In this document: positions 60,598-64,000 of the stretch, in pieces
Layout of the letters: each line of letters opens with the position of its first letter
Position numbering within the stretch: position 1 is the stretch's first letter
IMG/VR virus record: IMGVR_UViG_3300031088_000758
Direction: 5' to 3' (one strand)
DNA: 64,000 nucleotides
From: a virus
Taxonomy: Duplodnaviria > Caudoviricetes
Position numbers and translations under genes: made by a program
The notes under the pieces: model-generated
Seen by the model: the letters and a program-made list of their open reading frames with translations, nothing else
Database searches by the model: none
What the model was told of the DNA's origin: nothing

Positions 60598-60626
60598 TTG
60601 ACAAATATAGAATCTCCTTGTAGAAT
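60598..60626 (+). promoter_or_regulatory. Sigma70-type promoter
   Basis: TTGACA-17 bp-TAGAAT. Confidence 0.6.
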
Positions 60627-60669
60627 TAGTTCGAAAATATAATTCTAAAATTCTACAAGGAGATTCTTC

Positions 60670-61212
60670 ATGGTCCGTCGAAGCGTAGAGGACATTAAAA
60701 ACGATTACAACCTGCATACTGCTGTTTATCATCAGAGTAAACAAGCTTACAAAGAAGCAGAAATTAAGCATGAACAGAAACAGAGCAAATTTTACACAGC
60801 ATATTTTATTTTGTTTGCCATGAGTTCAGTTGCGGTTTGGTTTAGCACTCACAGTATTGAAACCTTAATCGGTTATATTTTTATGGGATTTTTCGTAAGT
60901 GTTACCTTAACCTCACATATCTTTGTTTCAATCTTTACCGATAGAAGCACACCGCAAGCTGCAGATTATAATTGTTCAAGGACAGAGCGCGAAAAATACG
61001 TCAATGACATTAAACACGAGATTGTCGAATCTATGATTCAAGGCCATATTATGAAAATTGATTTTAAAAAGTCTAGTTATTCTACGTGGAACATGATTGT
61101 TACACTAGATGAAGATAATAAGTCTCATGAGTACTATGCTGAATTTTTCTTTGATGATGAAAAATCAACTATTGATGTTAATGTTCATGAATTTGTCGCT
61201 AAAAACAACTGA
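60670..61212 (+). CDS. Membrane protein (2 TM)
   Basis: AAGGAG SD; two hydrophobic segments. Confidence 0.7.
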   Translation: MVRRSVEDIKNDYNLHTAVYHQSKQAYKEAEIKHEQKQSKFYTAYFILFAMSSVAVWFSTHSIETLIGYIFMGFFVSVTLTSHIFVSIFTDRSTPQAADYNCSRTEREKYVNDIKHEIVESMIQGHIMKIDFKKSSYSTWNMIVTLDEDNKSHEYYAEFFFDDEKSTIDVNVHEFVAKNN

Positions 61213-61303
61213 CTTCAAATAAGATTAATAAAATCTTCTGACTACTAATCATAGTGTTGTATTTAAGTATTGCTATCTAACACATTTATTCGAAAGGCAT
61301 AAT

Positions 61304-62053
61304 ATGTCCATCTATAGTCTCTATTCTGCTTTTAATAAAAAAGAATTTTCTAAAATTGACTCTAAACAAATTTTTCAAAAACTACAATACACTTCGTTAT
61401 CTGGAGAAGTGAGAGATTTAAATTTTGACAAAGATGAATTCAACAAAGATAGAGTAGAATTTGAAAATCTATATGGGTATTCTAGCAATGTTAAGTATTA
61501 TTTTTATCAAGATTCAGAAGATTCTACATATGCTTATTGTATAGTTAATATAGGTTCCCGAAAGTATCTTTTTAGAGTAGATGGTAAAAAGTTTGTAAGA
61601 AAAAGTATGTTCTCCAATGAAAAGAAAATCAGATGGGGAGCTTTATACAGATTATTGTTGAAAACTAAAAAATACTCATCAGATGACATGCAAACAAAAA
61701 ATATCGCTTTAACAACGCTTCATGATTATAATATGTACGGAATCAATTGTTTTCAAAAACCAAAACACAATAATTCTTTGAGTGAAAATTATTCGAATAT
61801 GCTAATTCGTGTTTTTGAAGCGAAATTCAGTATTGATGAAATCGGATTAAATAAAATAGAAAAAGTTTTTCATGCAACTAAACCTCATGATGTTTTATAC
61901 AATGATTTATTAATTAAGTTAGAAAATTCAGCAGATTTGTATAATCTTAAAAAAACAGAATATTATACAGCTATCAAAAACTTAAAAGACACAATTAATC
62001 ACTATGATAGAAAAGAATTTGAAAGAAAACAGTTAGAAGTTCTTTCTTCTTGA
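61304..62053 (+). CDS. Hypothetical protein
   Basis: 249-aa ORF with SD. Confidence 0.65.
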   Translation: MSIYSLYSAFNKKEFSKIDSKQIFQKLQYTSLSGEVRDLNFDKDEFNKDRVEFENLYGYSSNVKYYFYQDSEDSTYAYCIVNIGSRKYLFRVDGKKFVRKSMFSNEKKIRWGALYRLLLKTKKYSSDDMQTKNIALTTLHDYNMYGINCFQKPKHNNSLSENYSNMLIRVFEAKFSIDEIGLNKIEKVFHATKPHDVLYNDLLIKLENSADLYNLKKTEYYTAIKNLKDTINHYDRKEFERKQLEVLSS

Positions 62054-62142
62054 AATTTAGTTTGAAAATTTTACTCTTATGTTGAATTTTTCTCATACTT
62101 AGAGAATGCATCTCATCAGAAACCTTAATAAATACTTTAACT

Positions 62143-63909
62143 TTAAGGTTTCTGATGAGATGTTTTTTGTTTGAGTTCAGCTAATTCTCTTCTGCACTTA
62201 AAACATGAATACAGATCTTTACCTTTTCTTGGAACTGGTTTGATTTCAGTGTTGCATATTACACAATTCCAATCATGAGGATTAGAACAGAATAGTTGGT
62301 TCTTGTTCTTAGCTTCGAATTCTTTGTGGCATAGTTGACAAACATTTATTAAGGCTTTCTTCTCAAAGAGAGGTTTTCTTGATTCCTCTTTAATCTCTTT
62401 TTGACAGATGCTGCAATCCTTATTGGTTTTACCTTTGCTTTCATCATGATATCTGTGTGCTGCTTTGTCAGCAGTACATTTGCTACAGCTTTTACCTTTG
62501 TGCTTTGTTTCACCGTGAATTAAACATTCTCTAATGTTTATAGAACCTTCGGCGCGACATTTTGAACATTTTCCATTCATATGTTTTGTTGTGCCATGAA
62601 TCAAACATTCTTGTATCTCTACAATGTTTTCACGACACTTTAAACATTCGCTGTTGACAAAATATGTTTCGCCATGGACTTTACAGTTGTCTAATGTATA
62701 TTTTGTGTTTCGGCATTTGTAGCATTTGTTTCCGACATGTTTAGTTAAACCATGATTTGAGCAATTCTTCATGGTGATATTTTTTTCATTCAAGCATTTT
62801 CGACATTGATTACCTATGTGTTTCGTGTTACCGTGAATTTCGCATTTTTTGGTATTGATAGATTTTTCGGCAGTGCATCTACAACAAGTTTTTCCAGCAT
62901 GTTTAGTTAAACCATGGATTGAGCAGTTTTTGTCCTCAAAACGCAAAAGTTGTCCTCGATTAAAACCTGTGTAATGACCACCTGTAATACTATTTAAACA
63001 ATTTGGATCAGTGTGCCAAAGATCTTGAATTAACTCTTTTTCATGACGATATGCTTGTGATCTAGTGTCAAATATACTTAGGACTTCTTTTTTAAGAGTT
63101 TTTCTGTATTTCTTTTTCCAGTTGCCAAATTTATTGTTTTCAGATGCTTTGCCTCCGCTTCCATAATAGCCATCATTTAGGCAGTCTTCTATAGTAATTT
63201 CGCTATAAGGTTTCTTAACACTTGAAACTCCATAGTAGTACTTTTCAGATTTTGATGAAGTTATTTTATAAGTGTAAAAGCTAATGTTTGGATTAAACCA
63301 AGCATAGACTTTATCACCAGTTGTTTCTTCTATGCTCCATCCTAACTCTTCAACGAATAGTTCTATATTTGTTTTTCTTTTTCCGTTCTTATGAAAAACT
63401 TCACCTAATGTAGTTCCGAGAATATTATCAGGACCTAAACTTACAACATAAGGAATTGAAAGTTTCTCTTTGCCTCTGGCAGTAGAAATATTCTTATTTG
63501 GAGCAATTAAGTAACTTTTTGTTTTGTCTTGAGAAATTAGCTTAAAACCAGCATGTTCATAAACTTTTGTATTTTCGCCTGTTGTGTCTTGATAAGTAAA
63601 GATGTCATAAGGCGAAAATTCTTGTTTGTAATAGTTGACTAGTTTACTGGCACCACCTGTAACCCTGACATTTTGCTTAAAACACAGTCTTAAAAGCTCA
63701 GTAGAGTATTCAGCTTTTTTCGCGGAAGTTCTTGGGGAGCAAAATTGTGCTACAGCAATAAGTTCTTTTTTGTATAAAAGACCAATACTGAATACTCTTG
63801 TATTAGGTGCGGCAGAACCGCTCGAATGATAAGCCTCAACAAAGCTTTGTGCTGTTTCTGAATCAATAACTTTCACAATTGTTTTTCTTGCGTATACCCT
63901 TCGCTGCAT
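62143..63909 (-). CDS. VYARK domain + GIY-YIG-like endonuclease + six CxxHG...CxxC zinc-finger repeats
   Basis: RVYARKT N-terminus; YTYKIT...YYYG...YYGSG...EKELI...CLN; repeats such as CSIHGLTKHAGKTCCRC. Confidence 0.7.
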   Translation of the reverse strand: MQRRVYARKTIVKVIDSETAQSFVEAYHSSGSAAPNTRVFSIGLLYKKELIAVAQFCSPRTSAKKAEYSTELLRLCFKQNVRVTGGASKLVNYYKQEFSPYDIFTYQDTTGENTKVYEHAGFKLISQDKTKSYLIAPNKNISTARGKEKLSIPYVVSLGPDNILGTTLGEVFHKNGKRKTNIELFVEELGWSIEETTGDKVYAWFNPNISFYTYKITSSKSEKYYYGVSSVKKPYSEITIEDCLNDGYYGSGGKASENNKFGNWKKKYRKTLKKEVLSIFDTRSQAYRHEKELIQDLWHTDPNCLNSITGGHYTGFNRGQLLRFEDKNCSIHGLTKHAGKTCCRCTAEKSINTKKCEIHGNTKHIGNQCRKCLNEKNITMKNCSNHGLTKHVGNKCYKCRNTKYTLDNCKVHGETYFVNSECLKCRENIVEIQECLIHGTTKHMNGKCSKCRAEGSINIRECLIHGETKHKGKSCSKCTADKAAHRYHDESKGKTNKDCSICQKEIKEESRKPLFEKKALINVCQLCHKEFEAKNKNQLFCSNPHDWNCVICNTEIKPVPRKGKDLYSCFKCRRELAELKQKTSHQKP

Positions 63910-64000
63910 AGTTGCTCCTGTTCTTCTTTATTGATAATTGTATCTTACCAAAAAATCTATTACAATGCTATGTTTTTAACATAATTGAGCAGTGCTTTAA

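Noticed and set aside
986-63829. The many 60-117 aa ORFs nested in or antisense to longer genes
   Set aside because: They overlap well-supported genes and show no recognisable motifs; treated as shadow ORFs.
1-64000. Genome-wide TAG reassignment (code 15-like)
   Set aside because: Long genes are intact under code 11 and coding density is high; I found only one in-frame TAG in a conserved gene.

Overview
AT-rich (roughly one-third GC by eye), gene-dense segment that reads as part of a large or jumbo bacteriophage, or a phage-like element. The host is probably actinobacterial, judging from class Ib NrdE, a PonA-type PBP with PASTA, a DivIVA/Wag31-like protein and SLH repeats. I recognised no virion structural genes. 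1-24 kb is a + strand replication/recombination block: recA, AAA ATPase, intein-containing dnaB, DnaC-like loader, PBP, dnaN, Clp ATPase, recG, nrdE and a zinc-ribbon endonuclease. 24-36 kb holds accessory genes, including NAD salvage (pncA, pncB, NrtR-like) and an RNA ligase. 36-64 kb holds secreted SLH/SH3-zincin paralogues, modular enzymes and endonuclease-like genes. Three systems stand out. (1) An amber-anticodon (CUA) tRNA lies directly upstream of a Pth2-like peptidyl-tRNA hydrolase gene, missed by the ORF track, whose third codon is TAG; this gene heads a stop/start-overlapped 4-gene operon, and TAG is almost unused as a stop elsewhere in the window. (2) A free-standing IntC-FtsK ATPase fragment-IntN gene is either the middle piece of a protein assembled by two split class-3 inteins or a natural cyclisation cassette. 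(3) Eight otherwise unrelated proteins share an N-terminal H-C-C-H tag. All functional calls come from motif recognition by eye, without database searches.
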